Positions 1-12,764 are shown, counted from the whole stretch's first letter. The stretch is 63,920 nucleotides of DNA, filler included, from Octopus bimaculoides (GCF_001194135.2; 12 parts of 11 records of this genome joined end to end with filler, not necessarily neighbours in it); one strand, 5' to 3'. Notes: generated from the letters alone by a model not told the origin. Program-made: numbers and translations.

Positions 1-45
<45 letters not shown>

Positions 46-451
46 TAGATAGATAGATACGAAGAATACTATAAAAGGAACATATGCCATAAAATTTAGC
101 ATGTAACAGTGTTGGGAAGATAGGAAAGGCAAAATAATTCTATATTGTTTGAAGCCAACAACTTCCATGAGTCTTCATAAAAGTACCCTGTACTCTGAAG
201 ATTTGAAGTGATGGTTTGTGGGAACATAAACTAAAAGGAAACGAAGCACGCGCCATATGCTACGTGAGAACGTTGGTGGGGAAACAACACAAAGATGACA
301 GACGCACGTGCCGTCGGGCTAGAGAGAAAAATCAATAGTATTAACACATGGTTTGCCTGAATATAGAAAAACGAAAACGTGGTGCAGGAGGTGAGTGGAT
401 CTAGATAGTAGTAAAGGAAAAGCAACAAATGAAATACAAGACAACTAATCA

Positions 452-511
<60 letters not shown>

Positions 512-1276
512 TAGTAGTAGTTTCTATTTTCCTAAGTAATTGTTTATTTCCCCCTTATTTAATTTAATATTGTTATTGTTGTTGTTGTTGTTTGGAGAGA
601 GAGTAGAGGTGGTAGTATTTATTTTGGGTTTGTGAATATGTGTCTACGTATGGCTGTTGTTGTTGTTGTTGCTACCACGCTCTCATTGAAGCTTAATCCC
701 TATCTGCTCGAGAATACAAGCAATATATCAAATTTCATGCGAACAGGACAAGTAGTTATGGGATTCGGTCGCTTGGAGGAGAGTCAGAAAGACGAAAGAA
801 AAAGGTGTGGACGATCAATTATTCTTGAATTCTTTTCGCATAAGGGTACAAAATAAATAGTTGTTGCTGTCATTGTTCTGCTTCCACTCCAGTTTATGTG
901 TATTTAATCATTATTTTGCTAAAATAGTTTTAATTTTAAACTAAATTTAAAGGTGGCGTGAGGTGGCCAGATAAACATAATCGCTCTCTCTCTCTCTCTT
1001 TCTCTCTCTCCCTCTCTCTCTCTTGCTCGACGCCACATACTTCTATAATAATACGAACGCTAAAGCGCTCATTTAAACATGCACATGCACGTTGTACGGA
1101 ACAAAGGAGGTCAGGTGAAAGGCTTTTTAACCCTTTATATTTTTAAAGCGATGCAAAATGAAAAGATTGAAGATAAAACAAACTTCTTTTGGTTGTGTCA
1201 CAAGACTATTTTTTCCTCCTGAGGAAAGATATAATCTAGAGAAGCGAAATCAGCATACTATCATTACTTTATATCA

Positions 1277-1602
1277 TCTACTATAGCCCTGAGTCGACCA
1301 AAGCCTTGTGAGTGAATATGGTAGACGGAAACTGAAAGAAGCCTGTCGCAAATAAACATGTGTACGCGTCAGTGTGTTTGTGTGTGTGTGTGTGCGCGCG
1401 TGCGTCTTTGTGTCTGAGTTTGTTTCCCACCACTGTTTACAACCAGTTTGTTTACGATACTGTAACCTAGCGGTTCGGCAAATCAAATCGCTGGAATAAG
1501 TGTGAAACTTGAAAAATAAGCTCTGAAATCGATTCATTCGACTAAAACTTTTCAAGGCGATGCCCCAGCATGGCCGTAGACTGAAACAGTAAAAGGTAAA
1601 AA
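1277..1602 (+). mobile_element. SINE family B copy (5'-truncated) with central (TG)n microsatellite
   Basis: Shares CTATAGCC..GACCAAAGCCTTGTGAGTG..GTAGACGGAAACTGAAAGAAGCC, a central TG tract and the tail TAGCGGTTCGGCAAA..CCAGCATGGCC..ACTGAAACAGTAAAAG with copies at 9056, 41832 and 44982. Confidence 0.85.
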
Positions 1603-2129
1603 GTAAGGGATTTTTCTCCTGGCGGGATTTATGTATACACTTAAATCTCGGTTATCCGAACATGAATAATCAGAATATAATCTGGAAGTCCTGTGAAAAT
1701 TCAATTAAAAATAGTGTACGTAATCCAAACCTGTGAATATTACTCGAGATTGTGGTGAAAAGGCGTGGAAGGTTGCACAAAAGTACAACATTTTATCGAT
1801 TAATTTACAAAAATAAATAAATAAATAAATAAATAAATAAATAGAATAAAATAAAAGTTGCTTTAGTCATAGCTTCTTTTCTTTTCAGTCAGAACAATTG
1901 CCCGAATTGTTTACATACAATCCGTCTCGTTCCGTATACCATAAAGTACACTAACAGAAAGAAAAAGACAGACAAAAATGAAAAAACGGTTTGACATAGG
2001 AATAATCGACACCAAATATAAATTTATGGAGCGAGGTAGAAAAAAAAAATCATTAATCATTGTTTAGAAATAGTAACAGCAAAAATCACAGCAATATTAG
2101 AAATCGATTCAAATTTTGGCACAAGGTTA

Positions 2130-2505
2130 GGAGTTTTAAGAGGAGGTGGTATCTCGTTTACATCAACCTCAGTGTTCAACTGGTACTTATTTCATCGACC
2201 CCGAAAGGGCGAAAGACAAAGTCGACCTCGGTGAAATTTAAACTAAGTAAAAAGCCAAAGGAAATGCTGCTAAGCATTTTGACTAGTGCGGTATTAATAA
2301 TGGTTGCAAATTTTGACCCAAAGCTAGCAATTTCGTGGGAGGGGCTAAGTCGATTACATCGATTCCAGTACTCAACTGGTACTTGTTTTATCGACCCCGA
2401 AAGGGAATTTGAATTCAGAATGTAAAGACGTACGAAATACCAATCAGTATTTTGTCTGGCGCTGTAACGATTCTGCTAGCTCACCGTCTTCGGTACGGTG
2501 CGGCA
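2130..2505 (-). mobile_element. Two adjacent degenerate SINE family A copies
   Basis: Both contain ACTGGTACTT..TTATCGACCCCGAAAG; the second ends in ACGATTCTGCTAGCTCACCGTCTT, the reverse complement of the family head. Confidence 0.8.
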
Positions 2506-2519
2506 TTAATAACAGTAAT

Positions 2520-3035
2520 AATCTACTAGGAACAGTCCTGGATAACATTAATAACCTATCAAACAGCAGAAGACACATTACGTGCATCAAAGCACAAGAA
2601 AACAACAGGCTAAGACTCCAAAGAAAACACATTGATGCAGTCTAGTAACAATAGAAGTCTATATTCCACCAACACCCACAGAAATCTAAGAGCACAGAAA
2701 GAATAATGCACTTAACTCAGCAATGGGTTAGATATATTATAAGAAAGCATACAGAATGCATCTCAGTATTGTCTTTTCAGGTGACCTCGGGGTCAAGAAG
2801 AAGATTAGAAGTTTTGTTTTCTGAAAGCAATAGGATCGTTGAAAGTAGAACTAATGTGTAGAAGCAAATCATAGGGAGATGAAAAAAAATCCAGAGGAAA
2901 ATATTCCAAGGAGACTCCCTGGTTCCGCTACTTTCCATAGTTGCATTGATTATCTTTGACAAGAACTCTGAGAATATCTAGACTTGTTTACGAGATTGGT
3001 AAGAACGTGGAGAAAAAATATCATCTATTATGTAC
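2520..3035 (+). mobile_element. Decayed R4/Dong-like non-LTR retrotransposon RT fragment
   Basis: Frameshifted translation gives RHITC (~2570), YKKAY (2738-2752), IFQGDSLVPLL (2901-2933) and YHLL (~3020). This is the motif order RPITCL / DYKKAYD / IFQGDSLSPLLF / INHLLYMDD typical of R4/Dong-type RTs. Confidence 0.75.
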
Positions 3036-3048
3036 ATATATTTTATTG

Positions 3049-3257
3049 TTAGTTGTTTCAGTCACTGGACTGCGGCCTTGCTGGAGTCAAAGTCTCGAAG
3101 GGTAGAGTCGAAGAAATCGGCCTCAGTACTATTTCTAAAAGGATGGTACTTATTCTGTCGATCTCTTTTTGTCGAAACGCTAAGTTACGGTTACGTTATC
3201 GAAATAACACCTGCTGTTAAGTGGTGGTGGGAGACAAACACAAATACACACAAACAC
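3049..3257 (-). mobile_element. SINE family B 3' half
   Basis: TTGTTTCAGTCACTGGACTGCGGCC..TATTCTGTCGATCTCTTTTGTCGAAACGCTAAGTTACGG, the reverse complement of the family tail. Confidence 0.75.
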
Positions 3258-3261
3258 ATGG

Positions 3262-3432
3262 TACTAGTCGATTACATTGACTATAGTACTTCACTGGTAT
3301 TTCCTCTTATCGACCCCAAAAGAAATAAGGGTAAAGCTGACTTCGGCAACATTTCAACTCAGAATGTAAAGACGGACAAAAGACCGCAAACCATTTTGTC
3401 CAGCCCATTTGCGATTCTGATAGATCGCCTCT
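3262..3432 (-). mobile_element. SINE family A copy
   Basis: AGTCGATTACATTGAC..TATCGACCCCAAAAG..TTTCAACTCAGAATGTAAAGACGGAC..GATTCTG..TCGCCTC. Confidence 0.75.
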
Positions 3433-3491
3433 TTAATGTAAGTATATTCATAATAATGAAGATGCTATTTGCAGATGATGATGATGATGAT

Positions 3492-3644
3492 GAAGAAGAA
3501 GAAGAAGAAGAAGAAGAAGAAGAAGAAGAAGAAGAAGAAGAAGAAGAAGAAGAAGAAGAAGAAGAAGAAGAAGAAGAAGAAGAAGAAGAAGAAGAAGAAG
3601 AAGAAGAAGAAGAAGAAGAAGAAGAAGAAGAAGAAGAAGAAGAA
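3492..3644 (+). repeat. Pure (GAA)51 trinucleotide tract
   Basis: Uninterrupted GAA units over 153 bp, preceded by (GAT)n. Confidence 0.95.
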
Positions 3645-4336
3645 GGTGGAATAGGAACAGAAGGACGAAAAAAAAAGAAAGAAAAAGAAACAGTACAAAA
3701 TACATTTAAAAGCCCGTGATGAAAAGTGAGAAAACAATTTCTGAAATAGATAAAGATGGTTTTAAGCAGCTTTCATGGATTGTGAAATGATCAGAGGTCA
3801 AAAAGGAAACATCTACCTCCTGTAGGACATGAAAATAGAAAGTTAATATAATACACACAGCTATTCATATGACTGCAATATAAACTGTTGAACAAAGTAC
3901 TGTCTGTTAGTTATGCCGAGATGATTAGATGGCGAGGATAAGAGAGAGTGGGGAGAGGAGGACAGAAAACAATAGAAGTGGGAAGAGGAGGAAAAGAGGA
4001 GAGAAGGCTTTGTGTTTTTCTTTGCAACGTTACCTCCCATTCGATCTCTTTTCCTTCCTTCCTTCTACCTATCAATCTGTCCGTCCGGTCTTTCTGTGTT
4101 TGCACACGCGCGTGCGTACACACACATACAAACACAAACACACACACACATACACAGGCACTCACACATACGCACATATGCGCAGACACATATATATGTA
4201 CATTTACATAAGTACGCATATACACACACAGGCACACAATGCGTACACGTGCACAAAGATAGTTGGGGGGTGCATACAAATCTAACGGATAAAATAACGT
4301 TGCTTACACACACACACAGACACACACACACAGACA

Positions 4337-4411
<75 letters not shown>

Positions 4412-4569
4412 GACACACACAAACGCTCATATACATATACTTACAAATACATACAGAAAGGCGTATAAAACGTGGCATACACTTATAAAAACAACCATCT
4501 ACGCAGCTACAATCAGGTATTCATGAATTTTCGTTTATCGCAAGCTTATAAAATTTGAGCTTATGTACA

Positions 4570-4977
4570 TCTATAATAACGAACGCGAAATTCTGTCGGT
4601 CGGTCGGTCGGTCCGTCTGTCCGTCCGTCCGTCCGCCCGTTCGTCCGGGAATCTTGTAACTGAGTCTACATTTGCTCTACATAGACATATTACACCTTTT
4701 TGGAATCGGGATGATCCTGGGATTGAAAACCTGCCCTTCGTTTGGTTCTTGAACATCCAGCATTGGGATCAGGTCTGGACGAGGATTTGTTATATGCTAA
4801 CAGTTGAAAATTCAAATTTTAAAAGAACTCCAAAACTTTGTGAACTTACAAGTTCTTCATTTAAACTGAATTTAAAGTAATACCATATTGGTAAGGTACC
4901 AGGAAATGCTTCATTATTATTGCTCTCTCAAGTTTTGGACCGGAGGCCCAGTTAACCCTCCGCAGGAGCTAACCTAG
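4570..4977 (+). mobile_element. Probable non-autonomous Helitron
   Basis: Starts A|TCTATAATAA, then a (GTCG/GTCC)n microsatellite (~4595-4645). Ends with a GC hairpin CGGAGG(4941-46)..CCTCCG(4957-62), 11 nt before CTAG (4974-77). The base after CTAG is A rather than the expected T. Confidence 0.45.
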
Positions 4978-5325
4978 AAGTCCTCAAGGAGTGCGGCCTT
5001 TAAGCTAAACTTAAGTGAAAGAAACAGAGAGAGAGATGGAGAGGAAGAGGGAATGTGTGTGTGTGTGTGTGTGTATCTGTGAGAGAGAGTGAGTGAGAGT
5101 ATGTTAGCGTATGTGCGTGAGAGAGAGAAAGAGAAAGAGTGTGTGCAGGCGTGTGAGCATGTGTAAGCATGTATATGTATGTGTTCATCTATCTATCCGT
5201 CTACACATGCTTCCACAGATATACACACATACACACACAGTCACATACAAGCACACATATACATGCACATGCACACACACATACATACACATACATATGC
5301 ATACACATACATATGTACAGACACA

Positions 5326-5477
<152 letters not shown>

Positions 5478-6217
5478 CATACATACATGCATACACATGT
5501 ATACACACTCACACACACTTCGTTATAAACTCGTTCATCCGTTTATCCATTTATTCATGTTGGTTTTGTCTGAAATAAGTCGACTGGAAAAGCTAAATCG
5601 GAACATTTCTCTCGATATGTTTATCACCTTTCTACCTTTCCAGATAATAAATAGACCAAAATAGATTAAGAGCTCAATTAAACATATATCATTAACTGAG
5701 ACGATTTAGAAGATCTTTGCCTAGCAACGGTTGTTAATAGACACAAGTGGTAACGTAGAAAATTTGAAATGTTGTTCTTATAAAATCTGTCTTTTCTGGT
5801 CGATGTGACAGTTTGTGAACCTGGTTCATATCTCATCTCGAGGGCCTTCCCGGAGAAATTTGACAAGGCAGAATAACTCTGCGTTCGGGGCCAGTTGAGC
5901 TAGAGGCTTCTCCTTTTGAAATCCGAGGGGGACGCGAGGTCGATTTAAAAAAAATTTAATTCCTGGAAGCCGGCAGATGGTTAGGAACCTAATTTTGGCT
6001 TTTCAACGAACCGACAAAACCCACTTTCAATCGTCTTATAGGCCCCACACATTGCCAGCTCTGTTTATGCTTTGTCCATTGTTATGACTCATAAATCTTG
6101 CTGTTTTAGTTCACCCGACTGGATTTCTGTTATGTATTTTGTATGACTAACAACAATTAGTTATTTTGGCAATATGAAGAAAATACCACACTAGGACTTC
6201 ACATATATACTACAGAG

Positions 6218-6300
6218 CAGTGGCTCTCAACCATTTTTTGCCTATGGACTGCTTTGACTCTTATTTTACTCTGCTGGACCACATAGCCATTCGATGTTTA
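6218..6300 (+). mobile_element. hAT/Charlie-like DNA transposon terminus
   Basis: Begins CAGTGGCTCTCAACC. About 85 bp are homologous to 59395-59490 (TAGCGGTTCTCAATC..TATTTTATTCTACTGGACC..GCCATTCGAT). Possible opposite end ..CCACTG at 7134-7139. Confidence 0.55.
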
Positions 6301-8019
6301 AAAAACCTTATTGCATTTTTAGAATTAAATATAATAAGGAATTGTATTAAAAAAAACCTGTTAAAATATTTCGTGTACTGTAGAAGTGTAACCGATTTAT
6401 TGCACTTAAATTTTAATAACAAGAATCATATGGAAACAGAGTGGTTTGAAAAACATTGACCAGTTGAAACGTGTCCAAGTATTTAACCGATAAGACAGGA
6501 AGACATTTTTGAGCATTATAAACAATGCGGATGAAAGCTGAACTGGTCTTTAGCGCCGACTAGTGAAAAGCATCGATTTGTAAACATCGATGAAATAGTT
6601 CGCTGTCTTTCAGAATTATGAATTTCATTAGAATCTGAGTGTTTGCTGACACAGACTTCAATAACAGCTTCTAGATTGCAAAGAACCGCTGTTATGCAGT
6701 CGCACATGATTAACAGTTAAGAAATCTATTCTAACCAACTATTCTCTCTTGTTGCATCGAAAGAAAAGATACAATTATATCCAGTATTATATAGACAGTA
6801 TTATCATATCAACAGCTACGCCCGTTCGATTTTAGCGACTTCATTTCCTAAAATGGCAATAAATGAACGTTAAATAAACAGTGACAGTTAGTGGATTGCA
6901 TCTTCAGGAATACTACTTTGTTGACAGCCAATTTTGAATATATGTAAAATGCGATAGAAACTGGAAGCAACGACACCGACATCCCAAAATTTCATAAAAC
7001 CAATATAAAGAACTCCTTCCTTATGCCATATCGACAAGCTCCAACATGCACACTACCTTCTTGTGATGTGTTAAGTATTTCAGAAGTAGCAGCTGAGGGT
7101 TATCGTTCAGTGTACTCTAGGCAAGAATGAACACCACTGAGAAATGTGATTGTTTTCATCTTATAAAAAAATATATGTACAGTTTTCATGTTATTTTAAA
7201 TAGATGTACGTTCTATACATTGGCTATGTCACATACATTGCTTAAATGAAATTATGGGATGTCACTGTCATCATGTTTGGTGTCAAATGTGACAATTTAC
7301 TTTCATTTTTTTACGATCGTAAACTGCGCGTTAATCTTATGCGATAATAGTCTATTAGATCGAATATGCCTTCATAACGACCAGTCCTGGTCCGTTTATA
7401 GCTACCTTCCAACTGGGAAAGCGCCGGGTACAGTGCTAGTAAAACACACACACATGCACACATACAGACACACAGAAATATATCTGCCTACACAGTGGTT
7501 ATTCATATATACATATCCATATAAAATGTATGAAAATACATTCGTGTATGCTTGCATGTAGGTATGCAAACACCAACTATTTGATAAGAGAATTGATGCA
7601 ACCAAAAACAACAATGTCGTGTTGATTGCACCAGCATTTGGTTAGTTTGTCAACATTTTCTGACTTCTATTTCAGGTATATGTATATATAACATTTTTAT
7701 CTTTGTCTTCTTGTTTTTTGTTTTTGTGTTACACAAATATACTTCTTTCCATTTAGATAGGTACGTGAAGGGCTACGGTTTTGTATAATTATCTAACTGT
7801 CAACCGAAGATATGTTAGTTAAAAGCTAACATGCAGATACACATAGTTACAGATAAGGCTAATAAACATTAAACTTGAACACTACGACCATAGCAGACAA
7901 ATATTGACCGATCTAACAAAATGCATGCGTGTGTTTTGGAGACTGTATGTTTGTGCGTGCGTGCGTGCGTGCGTATGTGTATGGCTATAGTGTGAACCAA
8001 ATCAAGTATACACAAGTAA

Positions 8020-8057
<38 letters not shown>

Positions 8058-8613
8058 NNNNNNNNNNNNNNNNNNNNNNNNNNNNNNNNNNNNNNNNNNN
8101 NNNNNNNNNNNNNNNNNNNNNNNNNNNNNNNNNNNNNNNNNNNNNNNNNNNNNNNNNNNNNNNNNNNNNNNNNNNNNNNNNNNNNNNNNNNNNNNNNNNN
8201 NNNNNNNNNNNNNNNNNNNNNNNNNNNNNNNNNNNNNNNNNNNNNNNNNNNNNNNNNNNNNNNNNNNNNNNNNNNNNNNNNNNNNNNNNNNNNNNNNNNN
8301 NNNNNNNNNNNNNNNNNNNNTATACATATATGTATATATACATATATATATATATGTACGTAGATATGCATATATACATATATGTATATATACATATGCA
8401 TGTATATATACATATATACGTACGCACACACATATATATATTATATACACACATATATATACATATTCATCTCTCTCTATATATATATACACACACACAC
8501 ACTCATACACCTGTGTATTTATACGTACATTTATACATACATACGATGGAGCATTGTATCTTAGAAACCAGCCCCTTCCTCAGAGGAAGAAATTAAACAA
8601 TTAAAAACGTACA

Positions 8614-8644
<31 letters not shown>

Positions 8645-9055
8645 GTGCGTGTATTTATATATGCTACAGGCATGTATGAACGTATGCATATATAATATAT
8701 GTATATGTGTATGTATACATGTACACACGCGCACGTACACACACACACACACACACATTCACACGCGCTTACAGACACACTCATACATGTACATTCACAA
8801 ACACATGCACGCACGCATATGTATGTAAGTATGGGTACGAACAAAAGGGGTTCAACGAAAGAGTTTTGCTTTCTTTCTCAATCGCCAAAGATGGGAGACA
8901 GAAACAGTTGCGGAAGTGCAGAAAGTGGTAGATGCAAATGAAGCGTGAAAGTTTCTGGGAGTTCTAGTGTTGTGTGAGTAATACTATTCATGTACAGTTA
9001 TTTACCCGAAGGGCTGAATTTATCTTTTACTTATTATTATTATTTATTTTTATCG

Positions 9056-9286
9056 CGTTCAGTCTCACTGCGTGGCACCTTGGGCAAGTATTTTCTATTA
9101 CAGCCTAGGGCTGACGAAAGCCTTGTGATATATATATATATATATATATATATNNNNNNNNNNNNNNNNNNNNNNNNNNNNNNNNNNNNNNNNNNNNTTA
9201 ATTAATTAANNNNNNNNNNNNNNNNNNNNNNNNNNNNNNNNNNNNNNNNNNNNTTAATGCCCTTTATATATAATATCTATCTAACA

Positions 9287-9352
<66 letters not shown>

Positions 9353-9355
9353 TTG

Positions 9356-9410
<55 letters not shown>

Positions 9411-9637
9411 GTGTGTGTGTGTCTTTGTATCTGTGTTTGTCCCCCACCACTTCTTAACAATCAGTGTTGCTGTGTTTACGTCCCCGTAACTTTGCGGTTC
9501 GGCAAAAGAGGCCAATAGAATAAGTATCAGGTTTAGAATGTATAAGTACTGGGGTCGATTCCTTCCACTTAAAATTCTTCAAGGTGGTGCCCTAGCATGG
9601 CCGCAGTCTACTGACTGAAACAAGTAAAAGATAAAAG
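9056..9637 (+). mobile_element. SINE family B copy spanning a gap, with central TA/TCTA microsatellite
   Basis: Head part CACTGCGTGGCACCTTGGGCAAG before the gap; tail GTTTACGTCCCCGTAACTTTGCGGTTCGGCAAAAGAG..GCATGGCCGCAGTC..CTGAAACAAGTAAAAG after it. Confidence 0.8.
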
Positions 9638-9975
9638 ATGATATGCAAAATATATAATACACGGATGATGCCAGCCTCCCCACCCCCTGATATAGGGGAG
9701 CTCCCAACTAGAGTCAATCAAAGGACCCCTCCACTGATCCAGGATCACGCTCACCACATAGGGTGCGCCCCCTTGTCCCGAATATTGTTCTCCAATCCAT
9801 GGGCACTGTGAGATATTCGGCAACAGTATGGCTCCATCCCCTCTACTTATCCGCCTGCTGTGTCGAACAACACTGATGTTACCATGGAAATGTCCAGCAT
9901 CTTTCAATCCACACTGAAGGCACACATACAAGGTCCCTCTTGGCCTTATATATACATTCAATACAATACAATAAC

Positions 9976-10215
9976 TGACTACCCGTCGGTTACGATGACG
10001 AGGGTACAGTTGATCCGATCATTGAAACAGCCTGCTCGTGAAATTGACGTGCAAGTGGCTGAGCACTCCACAGACACGTGTACCCTTAACGTAGTTCTCG
10101 GGAATATTCAGCGTGACACAGTGTGACAAGGCTGACTCTTAACGTAAATCTGAGAGAGATTCAGCGTGACAGAGAATGTGACAAGACTGGCCCATTTGAA
10201 TCACAGGAATAGCAC
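9976..10215 (-). mobile_element. SINE family C, degenerate 3' half with internal partial duplication
   Basis: CAGCCTGCTCGTGAAATT.ACGTGCAAGTGGCTGAGCACTCCACAGACACGTGTACCCTTAACGTAGTTCTCGG is shared with 10902 and 26525; ATTCAGCGTGACA..GTGACAAG occurs twice. Confidence 0.85.
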
Positions 10216-10274
10216 ATTTTTGCCTGCTAAATGGACTCAATACAATAGTATATACACACAATACATACATACAT

Positions 10275-10538
10275 AACATCCCACTAAAGATTAGAGAAAA
10301 AGAGAACAACTACGCCGAGCTACTGAGAAATTTACAGATACTCCACCCAGACTACAAGTTCAGATTCATACCCGTGATTGTTGGGGCATTGGGATATGTA
10401 ACGAACTGCCTCAACAAAAACCTGGAAAAATTAGGGTTCTCAAAACCTGAAAGAAAAAGGCTGATTAGAAGACTACAGATTCAAGCCATCAATGGAACTG
10501 TAAAGATATGTAAAACTTTCCCAAAATTTAGCACATAA
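10275..10538 (+). mobile_element. 3' end of an R4/Dong-like LINE ORF (restriction-like endonuclease C-terminus), 5'-truncated
   Basis: Stop-free 87-codon frame NIPLKIREKENNYAELLRNLQILHPDYKFRFIPVIVGALGYVTNCLNKNLEKLG..IQAINGTVKICKTF..* matches the KEK..KY..L / IPIVIGALG / LGT..I C-terminus of RLE-encoding LINEs. Confidence 0.8.
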
Positions 10539-10901
10539 ATACATATGCATGCATCTAGACANNNNNNNNNNNNNNNNNNNNNNNNNNNNNNNNNNNNNNN
10601 NNNNNNNNNNNNNNNNNNNNNNNNNNNNNNNNNNNNNNNNNNNNNNNNNNNNNNNNNNNNNNNNNNNNNNNNNNNNNNNNNNNNNNNNNNNNNNNNNNNN
10701 NNNNNNNNNNNNNNNNNNNNNNNNNNNNNNNNNNNNNNNNNNNNNNNNNNNNNNNNNNNNNNNNNNNNNNNNNNNNNNNNNNNNNNNNNNNNNNNNNNNN
10801 NNNNNNNNNNNNNNNNNNNNNNNNNNNNNNNNNNNNNNNNNNNNNNNNNNNNNNNNNNNNNNNNNNNNNNNNNNNNNNNNNNNNNNNNNNNNNNNNNNNN
10901 N

Positions 10902-11276
10902 ACTCCGTCGCTTACGACGTCGAGGGTTCCAGTTGATCCGATCAACGGAACAGCCTGCTCGTGAAATTAACGTGCAAGTGGCTGAGCACTCCACAGACAC
11001 GTGTACCCTTAACGTAGTTCTCGGGGATATTCAGCGTGACACAGTGTGACAAGGCTGACCCTTTGAATTACAGGCACAGCAGAAACAGGAAGTAAGAGTG
11101 AGAGAAAGTTGTGGTGGAAGAGTACAGCAGGGTTCGCCACCATCCCCTGCCGGAGCCTCGTGGAGCTTTAGGTGTTTTCGCTCAATAAACACTCACAATG
11201 CCCGGTCTGGGAATCGAAACCGCGATCGTATGACCGCGAGTCCGCTGCCCTAACCACTGGGCCATTGCGCCTCAAC
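10902..11276 (-). mobile_element. SINE family C, near full length, tRNA-derived head
   Basis: Reverse complement begins GTTGAGGCGCAATGGCCCAGTGGTTAGGGCAGCGGACTCGCGGTCATACGATCGCGGTTTCGATTCCCAGACC (A- and B-box-like); near-identical to 58606-58921. Confidence 0.92.
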
Positions 11277-11456
11277 ACATACATACATACATACATACAT
11301 ACATACTAAAAACAAATATTTATCCACTGCTTTATCTGTTGGAGATCCACCATTCAAAGCAAATTATATATTAGATAAAAATTACTGTTTATATTATTTG
11401 TTTAAAGGACTCAACACAAGTGTAAAGTGTACTATCTATCTATCTATCTATCTATC

Positions 11457-11653
11457 TCCTTTACTTGTTTCAGTCATTTGACTGTGGCCATGCTGGGGCA
11501 CCGCCAATAGTCGAGCAAATCGACCCCAGGACTTATTCGTTGGAAGCCTAGTACTTATTCTATCGGTGTCTTTTGCCGAACCGCTATGTTACGGGGACGT
11601 AAACACACCAGCATCGGTTGTCAAGCGATGTTGGGGGGACAAACACAGACACA

Positions 11654-11695
<42 letters not shown>

Positions 11696-11696
11696 N
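11457..11696 (-). mobile_element. SINE family B 3' half, running into a gap
   Basis: CTTTTACTTGTTTCAGTCATTTGACTGTGGCCATGCTGG..AGTCGAGCAAATCGACCCCAGGACTTATT..GCCGAACCGCTA. Confidence 0.88.
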
Positions 11697-11805
11697 NNNN
11701 NNNNNNNNNNNNNNNNNNNNNNNNNNNNNNNNNNNNNNNTTAATTAATTAANNNNNNNNNNNNNNNNNNNNNNNNNNNNNNNNNNNNNNNNNNNNATATA
11801 TATAC

Positions 11806-11900
<95 letters not shown>

Positions 11901-11998
11901 GTTATATATATATAGATATTATATATTATATATACATAATATATATGAAATATATATAGTATACTTATAATATATATTATATATGTATATATACATAC

Positions 11999-12045
<47 letters not shown>

Positions 12046-12764
12046 ATGCATCAAGTACAGGACATCACCAACGAGTGAAAAATACACCTATATATATGTG
12101 TGTGTGTGTGTGTACATAATATATATATATACACAGTATATATACATAATATATATGTACACATAGTATATGCATACATAACATTTATATACATAATATA
12201 TATATATTGTGTGTATGTATATATATATATATATATANNNNNNNNNNACTACATAAATAATATTTTTATAAACAGGCTTGGCTAGTTGTTCATATTTAAA
12301 AATTGTCGCTTCAAATCGGAGAATAAATATCAATATGATATATATCATATACAGTTATTATGTATGTGTGTGCATATGTAAGTGTTTGTGTGTGTCTGTG
12401 AAAATGTATGTATGTGTGTGCGTGTGTGTGTGTGTGTGATGATCATATGAACATCGATGTGGAAACTAACTTTATCGGCTCAGTGATGCTGTTTGGTTTT
12501 TCTCTCTCCCACGCCTGCAACTTTATATCATCATTGTAAGTTCAAGTTCTAGCCCGAAGGCCAGAGATCATATCTAGATGTAGGTTTCTGTTTCAGCATC
12601 CTGTCTATTACTACACTGGTCGGCAGCAGTGTTTTAAAGAATCACGGTTTCTGTTGTTAACGTATACAACCACTTCCACTGCTGCTGCTGCTGCTATCAC
12701 GACTACATTCATTGTCTACAACTCCAACGTTTCTTCTTTCTTTCCAAACCGCTTCGTGTCTCAG

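Noticed and set aside
3030-3719. 229-aa ORF with poly-Glu
   Set aside because: Composed of antisense SINE B and A sequence plus the (GAA)n tract; chance read-through.
6300-7139. Possible hAT/Buster transposase remnant inside the hAT-like ends
   Set aside because: Only faint similarity (for example ILGNEVAK) with many stops; cannot be supported without alignment.
9860-11049. Similar peptides in ORFs 9860..10126 and 10549..11049 (QVAEHSTDTCTLNVVLG)
   Set aside because: Antisense translations of SINE family C copies, not a protein family.
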